A stretch of DNA of 64,000 nucleotides from Chrysomallon squamiferum (Eukaryota; Animalia; Mollusca), in assembly GCA_012295275.1 (NCBI GenBank), contig CM022665.1:3410001-3474000 (forward strand). The letters run 5' to 3'. The position numbers and the translations under genes were made by a program. The notes under the pieces were generated by a model, which searched no databases, was not told the DNA's origin, and saw only the letters and a list, made by a program, of their open reading frames with translations. Of the stretch, positions 13,607 to 42,266 are shown piece by piece. The first letter of the stretch is position 1. Every line of letters begins with the position of its first letter.

Positions 13607-14356
13607 TTGTGCAGTTTTCTTTCTATTCTTTTTTCTTCTTCTTCTTGTTATTACTGTGGTTGTTGTTATTCTTTATTTTATTTTGTCTCTACTTGTTGTT
13701 TTCTCAAGACAGAAAAAAAAATTCCATTTTCTTTAGATCAGTGCAAATGATTTGCTTCAAAAAGAAGAAAAAATTCAACTGTATCTACTTTAAAGTCCTG
13801 CTTCCAAACAATCATCCGTGTACAATCGTTCGTTCATCTCTACAATACGGAGAAAATAAACTGTTAATTATATAATATTTTATTTTACTGTGCAGGTCAA
13901 GTGTGCTGATGAAAGTGACTGTTTGTTAATCCCCAATATACGCAACGTAAAGGCAGTGTATACAGACGCACCCTACGCACAATGTTTCGTCAGATTCATC
14001 GGCAGATTCAAAATCTCTGAAGAAGTAGACATTTTAGACGGAAATTATATAAGTGCAGTGAAATTTCGGGAATATGTTTTTCAGCATTTGGAAAGCATAA
14101 TGAAAAACTCACAGTTCACGAAGTGGGAACGTAAGCAGTTTTACCTAGAAGTTATTGTTTTATCGTTTTTCTTTTTCTGTTGCCGTTGCCAATTTTATTA
14201 TTTTTGTAGCTATTGTCGCCTCTTGTTCTTCTTCTTCTTCTTCTTCTTCTTCTCCTTCTTCTAATTGTCTTTGGTTGAATATGCATCATGTTTGTTCAGT
14301 GGTATTTTTGATTGTTGTTTTAATTTCCTTATTTCCTTTTTCTTCTTTGTTCCCCA

Positions 14357-14388
<32 letters not shown>

Positions 14389-15660
14389 TCTTTTTCTATT
14401 AATATATTAAATACAGGACAAATCATTTATGGAAAATCCCCGAGTTTCTGCGTGCACTACAGCGATCCTAGTAAAAGGCAACATTTTGACATGGATATTG
14501 TGCCTGCTCTAGAAATACGGCAATGGCCAAGTCATGCAAACTCTTTAGACTTTCTTGGGAAAGAAGAATCTGACAAGATAAAAGAGAAAGGCTTCCATGT
14601 TGTTTCCAAAATCAGGAAAGGTAAATTTTAATATTTGCGTAAGTTAACTATTATAATTAAATAACCTATTTAAAATTATCTTTCATCCACAAAATGTATT
14701 AATTTCGATACTGTACGATTACTCTGATCTGCTCTTTTTACTTAAAATTTTCGGATACTTAGGAATTTCTTGTTTGTCAGTGTTGTAGCGTCAGCCACCT
14801 TAGCTGACGTAATCTCTAATGTACAATAAAAAAGTGTATTTTAGAAGATGAACGCAAATTAGATAACTAGATTCCAGCATTCACATATATAAAATTATAT
14901 TACATTCTTAATGTTTTGAAGATTATCATAGATTACAACAATAATAGATATATAAATAAATAAATATATAATATAATATAATATAATATAATATAATATA
15001 ATATAATATAATATAATATAATATAATATAATATAATAAAACTGTAAAAAAGGAAGATAAAATGATTTCCTGGAACTTTGATTTTATTAACTATTTATTT
15101 ATTATATTTTAGTTTTCAATATCATTTTGACTTCCATTTCAGATAGGCGTTTGTGGTCGATGTCGTTTTGTCAGGCTGAGAAAAAATTAACTAAATATGC
15201 TGACAAACGTACACCTGCTGAAAGTAAAACTTGCAGAAAAGCGGTAATGCGAATCCTGAAAAGAATTCTGGAAATCACTAAAACAAACTCATCAGACACA
15301 ATCCCAAATGAAAATCGGGTCATGAACATATTACGAAACGCTGCTAATCGCATTCGAGCAGAAAATCCCAAATTTGGAGTTAACTTCAAAGTGAAGAGAT
15401 TTTCAACCTATTATTTGCGCACGTTAATGTGGACATTGTTTTACAAAGTGTACAACGAACGCCATATGTGGCAGAGTAAGTCAAAGTCAGACAGGTTGTG
15501 CCAGACACTGATCCAGCTTCAGAAGTGGATGACAGGCAAAGTGGAAATAAATCATTTCTTCTTGCCTGAACTGGAACTGATGAACCATGTAACCCGAAAA
15601 GAACGAGAATTCATATATCTCATCGCTCGCATTACATTCAAAATGTTTTGTGACCGATGA
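12531..15660 (+). CDS. cGAS-like receptor (cGLR) / Mab-21-family nucleotidyltransferase, ~448 aa (502 aa if the in-frame ATG at 12369 is used), 5 exons
   Basis: Exons 12531-12585, 13119-13453, 13896-14130, 14417-14620, 15143-15660; GT-AG, phases 1/0/1/1, total 1347 nt. Motifs: DGSYYDGTKVKCADESDC (cGAS GSYYEHVKISAPNEFD), SPS, DMDIVPAL, WP, FHVVSK, LWSMSFCQAEKKL, CRKAVMRILK, FSTYYLRT, HFFLPELEL. Exon 1 and the start codon are the least certain parts. Confidence 0.9.
14963..15037. repeat. (AATAT)n pentanucleotide repeat in cGLR intron 4
   Basis: Directly visible atataatata run. Confidence 0.9.
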
Positions 15661-16347
15661 AAGGAAGAATGAAAAGACAGTTTTGTTGATGTTTGATTCT
15701 TGATTGTTATGATCGATGTTACATCAAATGAAATTGTGTCTAATTTCCTGACTAGAGTACCACTCATTTAAAAGATGCCGTGTAGATGATGGGCAACTGT
15801 ACTGTTAATAGGGCAAGTGATTCTGTACTAATACCAGCATAAAATCACGTAATACATTTAACAACCATTAACACAAAAATATAGTAGGGTGTGTTTAAAC
15901 ACTATTCATTCATGCATATATTTCTTATAAATGTTTCAATGAAACTATTTAACTATTTAGAAATATATGTGATATAAATGAAATAGAATGAAACATTACT
16001 AGTGTTTTAGGACGTGTGCTTAGGGTCACAACAATATCCAGTCCGTATCATACAAGGTTCGTGTTATTATTAACAACATGTCGTGAAATATTTCAAAAAA
16101 TTAAAACGAATGCTAATATGTTTTTTACTGGAGTGCATACTGGGCTGAATTCACTTGTTAGATACGAGTCGTTTTTATCAAACGTTCTTCTGTGAGGTGA
16201 ATACAAAATATTTCTTGCAGGTGTTCGGTAACATCAGCTCAGTTTCACACGACGCGCATGGAAAAATTTCATTTCACAGTCGTCAGTATGTTTTATAAAG
16301 CGTTCAAGTCACGTCAACCATTTATACATTTCTTTAAACATAGCTGT

Positions 16348-16382
<35 letters not shown>

Positions 16383-16894
16383 ATCATTTTTACTTGTTTT
16401 TTTTCTCTCTCTGTCTTTAGCTTTCTAAACCAAAAATGTTTAACCGAAATTGTTTTAAATATTTATTTATTTATTTGTTTGTTAGTTTGTTTGTTTGTTT
16501 GTTTGTTTGTTTGTTTGTTTGTTTGTTTGTTTGTTTGTTTGTTTGTTTGTTTGTTTGTTTGTTTATTAACATGTTTATAGATTTATATATTAACTTATAT
16601 CTTTTTCTTTCTTTTGTTATTTATTTATTTATTTACATATTCATTATTTGTCCGATGAGAAATTACTGCTATCAAAAATTGAGCTTGGAATGAACTTTTC
16701 CGGCTGTAAAAACGATTCTCATACGTGTGTCAGTTAGAGTTATCTTTTCTTGTTTATGAAAGCGTCATGTTTGTGTGTATTTTGCAGTAAGAGCAGAAAG
16801 TGGATTTTATCTTAACACTCATCAGAAGATCATGTTTAATACTTAATAAGAAATGCGAGCGTATTTTTTAAACATTACTTTTATTTTATCGTGT

Positions 16895-16979
16895 TCTTCT
16901 GCGCTAATCTTACTTTTTATGTTTGTTTTTATTTTTACTTTTTTATATTTTTAAAGCTATTTTTGAACGTAAGATGTAT
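16895..16979 (+). repeat. Direct repeat copy B, downstream of the cGLR gene
   Basis: Near-identical to 10679-10765. Confidence 0.85.
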
Positions 16980-17289
16980 AAAAAAAAAAATAATAATAAT
17001 AATAAAAAAAAAAAAAAAAAAAATTACCCCATTCACCCTTACAAAAATATAATAAAAAATAAATGATGAAGTCTTAGAAATTAAAACTAAACTCTTGCCG
17101 AAATTATATTTATTTTGAAGATGGTATTCACAGCAACTGGAAAATAGTTGACTCAGATTTTCTTCTTTTTGCAGTTCTGTTTTTCGAAAACAAAACAAAA
17201 GATGTTATCAGCCTGAAAAGATACAATACATTTTCCATTGTCGTAATTAAAGTTTAGACGTAATACAAATTACAAAATATTCTGAAAAG

Positions 17290-17332
<43 letters not shown>

Positions 17333-17551
17333 TTCGTATTTTTAGCTTACTAAAATCCAATTTCACATAATAAATCTCCAAAATGTGCAGTTTCAAACTT
17401 ATTTATTTTAATGGTATAAACAAGGGGAAAAATGATGTCTGTGGGGTAATTAAATGTCCGGTACAGAAAAATCTTGCTTCTAGAGATCGCATATGATGTT
17501 GAAAATAAATGTTTTAAAAATACTGTTTATAAATTTTGAAACTGAGATTTT

Positions 17552-17610
17552 CCTGGGGGCGCCAGAAGCTAACCTTGGCTAGGGCACCAGATAGTCTAGC
17601 GCCGGTCCTG
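17552..17610 (-). mobile_element. Terminal segment of a non-autonomous hAT-like DNA transposon/MITE
   Basis: GC-rich island; the minus strand starts CAGGACCGGCGCTAG..., resembling CAGGGCCGGC-type TIRs. No partner end or TSD found. Confidence 0.35.
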
Positions 17611-17996
17611 TATATATATATATATATATACATATATAATGTGAAATTTTTTTAAAAATTAAAAGAAATAATAATAAAGAAAATTCAAATAGTTCAAAAA
17701 ACCCAACAAAAAATACCCCATACAACAACAAACAAAAACAACAACAACAAAAAACAATCTACAGCTTCTATAACTGCCAAATCAATTAATTTGCGAAATC
17801 ACTTGTATAAATTCATCCTTCACACTCTTTTTTTATGCTTTGTGAATTAAACACTGGAAAATGCTGCTACACACACACACAGACACAGACACAAACACAC
17901 ACACACACACCCATACACATACGCACAAACACACAGAAACACGCACATTACTTTATGGGATAGGTGAGAACATTATTATTTTCTGTTTTATTTATA

Positions 17997-18040
<44 letters not shown>

Positions 18041-18055
18041 ATAAACATTACCTCC

Positions 18056-33541
<15,486 letters not shown>

Positions 33542-34351
33542 TTCAATCGAAAACGTAGTCTTACAAAAAGTTCAGATTTATCCTGTCCAGCAATACAGAG
33601 GACTAAAGCAGACGATCAGCCTCGTTCTGAATTTTGTCACGTCCCGTTCCTTACCAACTACCTGTGCCGACTGCCGCCTCAGGCTCAGTTCACCAAGTTG
33701 TGCTGAAAGTAATGTAATAAATTATAAGTCTTCACGACAGATACACACAGAGTAATACTCTTGTCTTAGTGTCACGCTGTGATGCATTGTTGTCATACGA
33801 ATATATGTATTTAATGTGCGATATACACATTTAAATATAACTTATTGCTGTGAACGTTCTCCTTTCTTGCTCGCAATGGCAGTATTCGGTTTGAAGGTTG
33901 AAAATGAAAAAAGATGAAAATACAGTTTATGTAAAAACAAACGCCACACATTCACCAAATAAATAAATAAATAAAATAAGACATTTATTTTATTTTATTT
34001 TTTTCTTCTTCTTCTTCTTCTTCATCGAATTGTGGTGGTGATTTTTGTTTATATATATATATATATATAAAAATCACGACGATATATATGAGGTGGGTTT
34101 TTGGGGGGTTTTGGGTGGGTTTTTGGTTGTTTTTGGTAGGGGATGGGTATTTTTTGGTGTACCTTTTGGTTGTTTTATTTTTAATTTTTATTATTTTGTA
34201 CTAATTTTGTTGTTGCTGGCTTCACTTGTTTTTCTGGTATGAAGCTGTTTAAAGATGAGTTTGCTGCAGGCTAGATATCGCCTCAGTTAAAACATTATGT
34301 CCAACAAACTATGGAAGTTGTATACCTTATACCAATAACAAAAATATGTAT

Positions 34352-34729
<378 letters not shown>

Positions 34730-35165
34730 TGTATGTATGTATGTATGTATGTATGTATGTATGTATGTATGTATGTATGTATGTATGTATGTATGTATTC
34801 TTCTTCTACTAGTTTTATTGTCTTTATCAGTCGGTTAATGTTTTTCAAATATATTTTTAAAAATATAGTTACAAAAAAAAAAAAAAAACATATACTTAAT
34901 TTCATTTTTGTCTTATTATTTTATTTTATTTTTTTATTTTTTTTTTTTTTTTTTTGCTATTTGTTGATTTGCTCGTTTGTTTATTTGCTTAAATGGTCAT
35001 ATGTCTTTTTATTTACAATAAACTGGCGAATGACATCCATGTACATCCACCTACCTGACCGGCAACATGAAGTTTAACCTCTGACCCGCCCAGACTTGAT
35101 ATTCTGACAGTCATAAATGACTGCACAAGGATTAGGAACGAGGTTATTTGCTTTAATGTTCACAT

Positions 35166-35201
<36 letters not shown>

Positions 35202-35633
35202 CCCCAGTTGGGCGTGTTTTCGAATTTTTGAAGAGTCAAAAAAACCTTTATGAAATAATAAAATCCATTTATATCTTCTGTTTCACAGTTTGTTTCCTGT
35301 GGAATTTGGAATGATAATAATGTACGTCAAGTATTGTCTGTTGCTAAAGAACAGCGAACTTTATTTTACTCCGACAGTTTAACAACCGCATACGAAGAAC
35401 GTCGGTGTTTAAAATTTCAACTTGCAGAGGCAGTGTATGACATAACAACACATTTTAACTTACTGAAGATAATAATGTAACAGACTATAATAACATTAAC
35501 TTATACTGACAGAATAGAAAAAAAAAATGGTCTCAAGATATCTTAGCTAGATCATCCAAATATAACTTAAAATACGATTTCTTATTATAATAAAAGCATT
35601 GTGAATGAATGAAGACACGACTTATAGAATTCG

Positions 35634-35778
35634 AAAACAGTTTGATTTGTTATGATTTCAATAACTGAGTGAATCAATCAGTCAAAACAGTTTGATTTGT
35701 TATGATTTCAATAACTGAGTGAATTAATCAAAACAGTTTGATTTTCAATGATTTCAATAACTGAGTGAATCAATCAAA
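35634..35778. repeat. ~48-52-bp minisatellite, 3 copies
   Basis: aaaacagtttgattt.t.atgatttcaataactgagtgaat.aatc repeated three times. Confidence 0.9.
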
Positions 35779-36006
35779 GCATGATGATTGATTATAAATA
35801 AATAAAAACAGTCCTAAAGTTACGGAACTCTTCGAAATAAAACAGATGAATACAGATTGTCTACGTCATCCTGAAGTTTCAGTTTCGTGAAAAAACGCAT
35901 AACTTATTGCTATATTTAAAATATTTTTCTTTTAACATTTTACACATTTTTTAGAGATACGTAAATACAATTCGCTTACAGAACGTTTTGCCAAAATATT
36001 TCAGGA

Positions 36007-36197
36007 CAACAAAAATTTAAACGATGTGACCCTGTGACGCACTTTATTGACCAAAAACATGTTATTGAACACATGCACGCACACACGCACACACACACGC
36101 GTACACACACACACACACACACACACATAAATACCTGCAAATAATATGTTTTTCGTCAACAGAGTTGTCACGGTGTCACCTCGCTTAAATCTTTGTT
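36007..36197. mobile_element. Fold-back/MITE-like element with ~60-bp imperfect inverted arms around a (CA)n core
   Basis: Left arm aaaatttaaacgatgtgaccctgtgacgcactttattgaccaaaaacatgttattg versus reverse complement of right arm aaagatttaagcgaggtgacaccgtgacaactctgttgacgaaaaacatattatttg. Confidence 0.65.
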
Positions 36198-36811
36198 ATT
36201 ATTATCACAAGAAAAATGTGATACTGGAACGTCAAATCAATAATAAACAACAAAGTATGGACTGACTACAGTTTCTCCAGAGAAAGAGAAAACTGGAAAA
36301 GACAGTAATGAGATATTTATATTTACTAAGTTAACTGTTTTTGTTAATTCTGTATTTATAATGTACGTAATTTATTTCAGCTGAGGTGGATTATTGATGG
36401 ACGGTAGTCGTATTCATTTCAAAGTTGATGCTTTCTTGTAACAACACGATTTAATGTATCTACTTCTAACAGTGTTGTAAAAAAGACCAACTAAATATTT
36501 CAACGGTATTCAACAACATTAATGTCTCAAAGAGAGCAGATTTTTAATGTCTGTAATTATTATAATACTTTCGTTATTTACATAAGGTTTGCTTAGATCG
36601 TAACGGTGTCGCTGTAACAGGTTCTCTTCAATCAGGCCGAGGTTTCAGTAAATGAGCAATTATGCAAGTCCGAATGTGCTAAACTAGTGTCCATTAAAAT
36701 GAGCGATTTTGCCATGTTGAATAATAAACCTGAATACCTTATGCTATATCATAGGGAAGCCTGTACTAGATACAAAATATATGGGATACTGTAATTATTA
36801 GCTTTTTATTT

Positions 36812-36843
<32 letters not shown>

Positions 36844-37143
36844 TAATGCTTATTATAGTTCGTATTGTGGTTATAATTCTTCTTCTTATTATTGTTGTTG
36901 TTGTTATTATTATTTTTAGTTATTTAGTTATTTATTTTATTTTATTCAGTTTTTTAGATATTTTTAAAAATTATTGTAATTAATATATAATCAATGTTTA
37001 GATTTTTTTCTTCCATTTTGTTTCTTAACAATGTGTGACGAATCAGTCTCTTCAAAACATTTATAATTCAAAATAGACAGACAGAGAAAGTAATGCAGAT
37101 AGAGAGACTTAGAGGTAGTTAGACAGAGGCACACTCACACATA

Positions 37144-37181
<38 letters not shown>

Positions 37182-37203
37182 GAGTGAAATAGGTTTTATG
37201 AAC

Positions 37204-37517
37204 TAGGGGTATGCCAAGGTTCGTAAGACTGAGGTTGGGAGGAAGCGGCGAGCAGACGCTATAAGTAAAATGTTTTCATTTTTTATTTATTTCTTCATCG
37301 ATCTCAAGACGCTTTCATTTAAAGTATCTCAGAATGCATATTTCCACAGGGATACACCATTTATAGATATGAATTTATAGATATTAGATACTAATAATGA
37401 TAGAATAAACAGTTCATCTTTTGACTTGCTAAATAAGCATCTCTGACCCCTTACTAGAAACTGGACATAAATTGGAAACTAAAATGTAGGTGAACGCGGT
37501 CCCTTTGCGTACGTCTC
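37204..37517. mobile_element. Decayed MITE with short imperfect TIRs
   Basis: Left aggggtatgccaagg versus right cctttgcgtacgtct (11 of 15 positions complementary); GC-richer than the flanks. Confidence 0.35.
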
Positions 37518-37577
37518 CAATTGCATTACTCAAAGACAGACAAACAAACATACAGATAAATGGATAGACAGATAGAC

Positions 37578-37615
<38 letters not shown>

Positions 37616-38585
37616 ATAGATTAGATAGATATTTAGATAGATTATCTGGAACAAAGAAAAAAAAAATACTGATCTAAAATTATGTTTTTGAATAATGCTA
37701 AACCTTCATTATTATTTCAATAAAGTTGTCGAAAGTAGCAGAGTTGATGGTTTTTGATGTTATTAAAAGAAATCGTAAAAAATAGAGTATATTTAGATGA
37801 CGTCCATATTCTCAAAGTAGCCTGCCTATACTAATATGTAACATGTTTGTGTATAATACTACATCATAACACATGAAAAGATGGAAGCAGTGTGGAACAT
37901 TCATCAACGTGGACAGGTCCGGTTTCAGTTCTGACATATCATGTCAAGAATAAAATTAGAGTAGAATGTCGTAAGACGTGAAGTAATGTCAAGGTCAGTG
38001 TCTTTAAAAATAAAATATTCTCATGTGATGAAAGTTCAGAACTAGTTTTGATAATTATTTCAAGATATTAATTTATTTGAAATCCTATAAAATGTATTTT
38101 AAAACAACGAACATAATAACATTTAGCATGGGCATATGAGAATATGCAAGTTTGCGTTTAATATCTACATGCGAAAAAGTACGTAGTCTAGCGAGTAATT
38201 CAGTCATTATGCAAAAATTTGCCATAGCTTCAGTCTGTTGACACTACACAAAATCTTTTACTGCCAAAATTCGGAGGTTTGTTCACTATTTTTATTATTC
38301 TGTGCAAGTGTCATATTTGAAACTACAATAATTATTTACTATGCAGATGGTCGCGTGTTGATAATGAAATCTATATAATGGTTTCTGATCCTAAAATTCT
38401 CTAGAGGAATAAAATAGATTTTAGTATTATTGCATTTTATTTATTTATTTCATTGTGTTCTGTGATAGTGTTGTTTTCATTTAATAAAAATACCCACATT
38501 ATTTTTTAGTCGCATCCGAATTTTTTGCTTTACGATAGTAGTTAGGACCGGGTGTAAGCAGTTTGTCCCTCATTAATGCAAACGT

Positions 38586-38782
38586 TATGGCCGTAACTAC
38601 ATTGAGGCAAATAACGATTTTTTAATTTTTTTTATTTATAATTTTATACAAAGATTTTATTTTAAAATATATAAAACATAAATCTCTATTTCAATAGAAA
38701 CGATATCCACTGAATGAATTCGTTTATGTCTACAATTAGCAGTTTTTTGCCTCATTTCTAAAAGAGTCTAGTTACGGCCCTG
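38586..38782. mobile_element. hAT-like MITE, ~200 bp
   Basis: Perfect inverted 11-mers ggccgtaacta (38589-38599) and tagttacggcc (38769-38779), plus tgaggcaaa/tttgcctca; the right end reads CAGGGCCGTAACTA on the minus strand. No clear TSD. Confidence 0.7.
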
Positions 38783-39168
38783 TACGCTCGTTAAAGAAGC
38801 TCATCATGACAAGAATAACAGCCATAATTACCATTACAACAAATGCAAAATAAAGCAAAAGAAATAAATAAATTATATAAGTAAATGTCACATAAAAAGG
38901 AAAGGTTAATTAGTCAAAATGATAAACAGGATGATTATTATTTCACTCTTGGCATAATTTTATAAATAATAGTCTAGTGACATTGGGCGAGGCTTTGTTT
39001 CTTTGTTGTTTTCTTATTCATTGTCGTTGTAGGTGTTGCTGTTGCTGCGACTGCTGCTGCTGTTGTTGTTACTGTTATTGTTATTATTCGTTTGCTTGCT
39101 TGTTTGTGGGATTGTGTATGTTTGGGGCTTTTTTTTTTTTTAGCTTTTTTAAAAAAAAACTTATCGTC

Positions 39169-39207
<39 letters not shown>

Positions 39208-39731
39208 TAGAGCAAAATAAGAATATCTATTTAAAAGAAAAACTAATTGTTTATCTAGATTCTTATATTAAAATATTAGCAGTATATATATATACTAAAT
39301 AAATTGCGTTCATGTTTCCGTAAATTTCCTAATAGCGATTTTAAGTTGACTGATATATTTTCGGTACAGTCGTGATGTCCGGGCAGATTTCAGTCATCAA
39401 GTACAACTAATGTGATAAAATTACTATAAACTGTTTATCAGGAAATTTGCTTGAAGAATGAATTGTCAGACCTTTTTCATTTACATACAATGTTCCTTTG
39501 TTTGGCACTGTATTTATAATACCCACATATCACGGAATCATGTCATTTCATCTCAGTTAAAGGTTTACCTTCCATATTTTATATTTTCATAAATCGTAAT
39601 ATGTATACAAATGTTTGCACAAACGACTCGTAAACAGACGTACACACGCTTATGCATGCAGGTATGCATCCACACACACACACACACAGCCATATATATT
39701 ATCATCATCACCATTTTATTTTATTTTATTT

Positions 39732-39803
<72 letters not shown>

Positions 39804-40191
39804 ATTTTTGTTATAGTGAATGAAAATGGCACTTAAATTTTAATTTTTATTTTTCGTTTTTAATTTTTCGTTTTTTTCCTTCTAAAAAGAATTATTAAAT
39901 ACAAAGCAATTTTCCCACACGGTGTATAGATATGTTTAAATCATCTGCCTTAATCTTCTGGGTTCTTTCAGAGTTTATTTGTTTTATCATTTTCATTATT
40001 ATTATTATCTTTACCATCATCAACATTATTATTGTTGTTGTTTATTTTATTTATTTATTTATTTATTGTTTAATTATTATTTAAAAATATTTGTTTTGCA
40101 ATATTTACAGACTATAGCTATTAAAAATGATTTCTTATTTTACAAATATATATATCTATCTATATATATAGACAGATAGATAGATAGATAC

Positions 40192-40252
<61 letters not shown>

Positions 40253-41009
40253 CATAGACAGATAGATAGATAGATTTCAGCCTGTTTTTGCATTAAAGAT
40301 ACGGAGAAGAAAATCAACATTAAAAAATGTATGGATTTCTTTCTTTCTTTCTTTCTTTTTTTTTTTTTTTTTTATTCATCTCGAACTGGTATCGGTATGA
40401 GATCAGAGTAACAAAACGAACATCACCCAAATAATTATTATTTCAGAGTTATTTCCCTTAGACTAAACTATTGATTTCCTCACTGAATGGTTAGCATGGC
40501 TAAAAAATTCATAATGTGGAGCTATTTCAGAGATTTCTGGTATTTTCCTCGGAACAAACAATTCTTATAATTACATCGGGTAAATAAATATATTTAAAAA
40601 CTTCATAATAATTTCTGTTTCAAGATAATGTTGCTCCGATGAAGTCTAGCAATGAAGCACAGCCATGGTGAAGCAGTGAATGTAGTTTCATGGTCCTACT
40701 AAGGACATATTTTTGAAATGTCATAAATATAATTAACTGTTAGCTTTGTTATACTTGCCATACTCATAGACAGATGTATAGCTGTTTCAGTTTTGTTCTA
40801 GCATAATATTACTGGAATAAATTCCAGTTGTTCCACCCAAGAATTTTTTTAAATTTCAAGCAAAAAACCAGCCATTTTGTGTGCGGAAATAATTAAATAT
40901 TAAGGTAGTCATTCTCTAGGTGACATGTAAATCTGTCATTAGAAGGAGACTTATATAATATCAATGTATGGGGGGGAAATTACTTTAGCAAAACTGATCT
41001 AGTAGATCT

Positions 41010-41043
<34 letters not shown>

Positions 41044-41060
41044 ATAATAATAATAATAAT

Positions 41061-41116
<56 letters not shown>

Positions 41117-41438
41117 GTTTAAAGAGCAACAATCATGAAATTAGTTGACACTTGATTCACAAGATTCTTACAATAAAAAGTGTTGTCAATATCTACAAGA
41201 CTAGTATGGCAAACGATGGTACCAGAAAAGTAATCACTTTTTCTAGTAGTTTGTGTTTTAAATATATGCAATAATGGCAGTCACCTACATTATTTATATG
41301 GTTGCAACAACAACAACAAAAGAAAAGAAAAAAAAAAAAAAAAAAAAAAAAGTGTTAGAACATTTCATGAATTTACAAAGGATTGACCAGTATAGTGATG
41401 TTAACTGCACAATAAAAAAAAAAAAAATAAAAAAAAAA

Positions 41439-41470
<32 letters not shown>

Positions 41471-42266
41471 AAAAACATATATTGTGTAATCTTCAAAATT
41501 AGTTTACATATGACACTGGCCCAGTGCATCTGTGAATGTATAAATGTATATAACAAAAGGAAACTGTATAGACAAGGATATTGAAAGTGAATCCATAACA
41601 AAAAGTAAATTAGTTGACAGAATCTTGTGTCTGTGTGATTAAGATCAGTTTATAATGGGTGTTAACAATTATCCAGATTTGTAAGTAGCTTTTAATATTT
41701 TTGTTCATTTCATCAGTCAGATAAATAGCCATTTGGATTGTCTTTGTCATATTCTGACTCAGATGTATAAGGAAATTTTCCTTGAATATTTCCTTCCTTG
41801 TTCTTTATTTGAACAAAAAAAAAGGTTATCTCCAGCAGATCAAAACTAGCATCCTTTAAAAAGGTACCATTTTCCCAACAACAGAATGCCATTGCCATGT
41901 TTCAGATGATGTTGCAAGTGTATGCACTTGTCTAATATCATTTGACCAGACTAAGTAGTTTTCACTGAGGTGCTTCAGAAAACTAATTGTTATAAATTAA
42001 CAGGATATTAATTTTTTTAAATAGCTATCAAAAATTGGAATATGAAAACTAAAAACTATTTTCTCCCCATTCAGATATGTAAAAAAAAAAAAAAAAAAAA
42101 ATTGTTTTTCTTTAAAAGAAAATCTGCAGAATATTTAAACCAATAATTTTTCCTTTCAGCAGTAACCTTTCCATCGTTGGTATTTGTTTTTATTAATTTT
42201 GGTTTGTTTAAATTCAGGATTTGGTCTTCATGAAGCCTGTGTTAGCAGAGACTTGTTTGTGTGACA

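Noticed and set aside
35634-35778. CRISPR-like repeat array
   Set aside because: Head-to-tail minisatellite without unique spacers; eukaryotic context and no cas genes.
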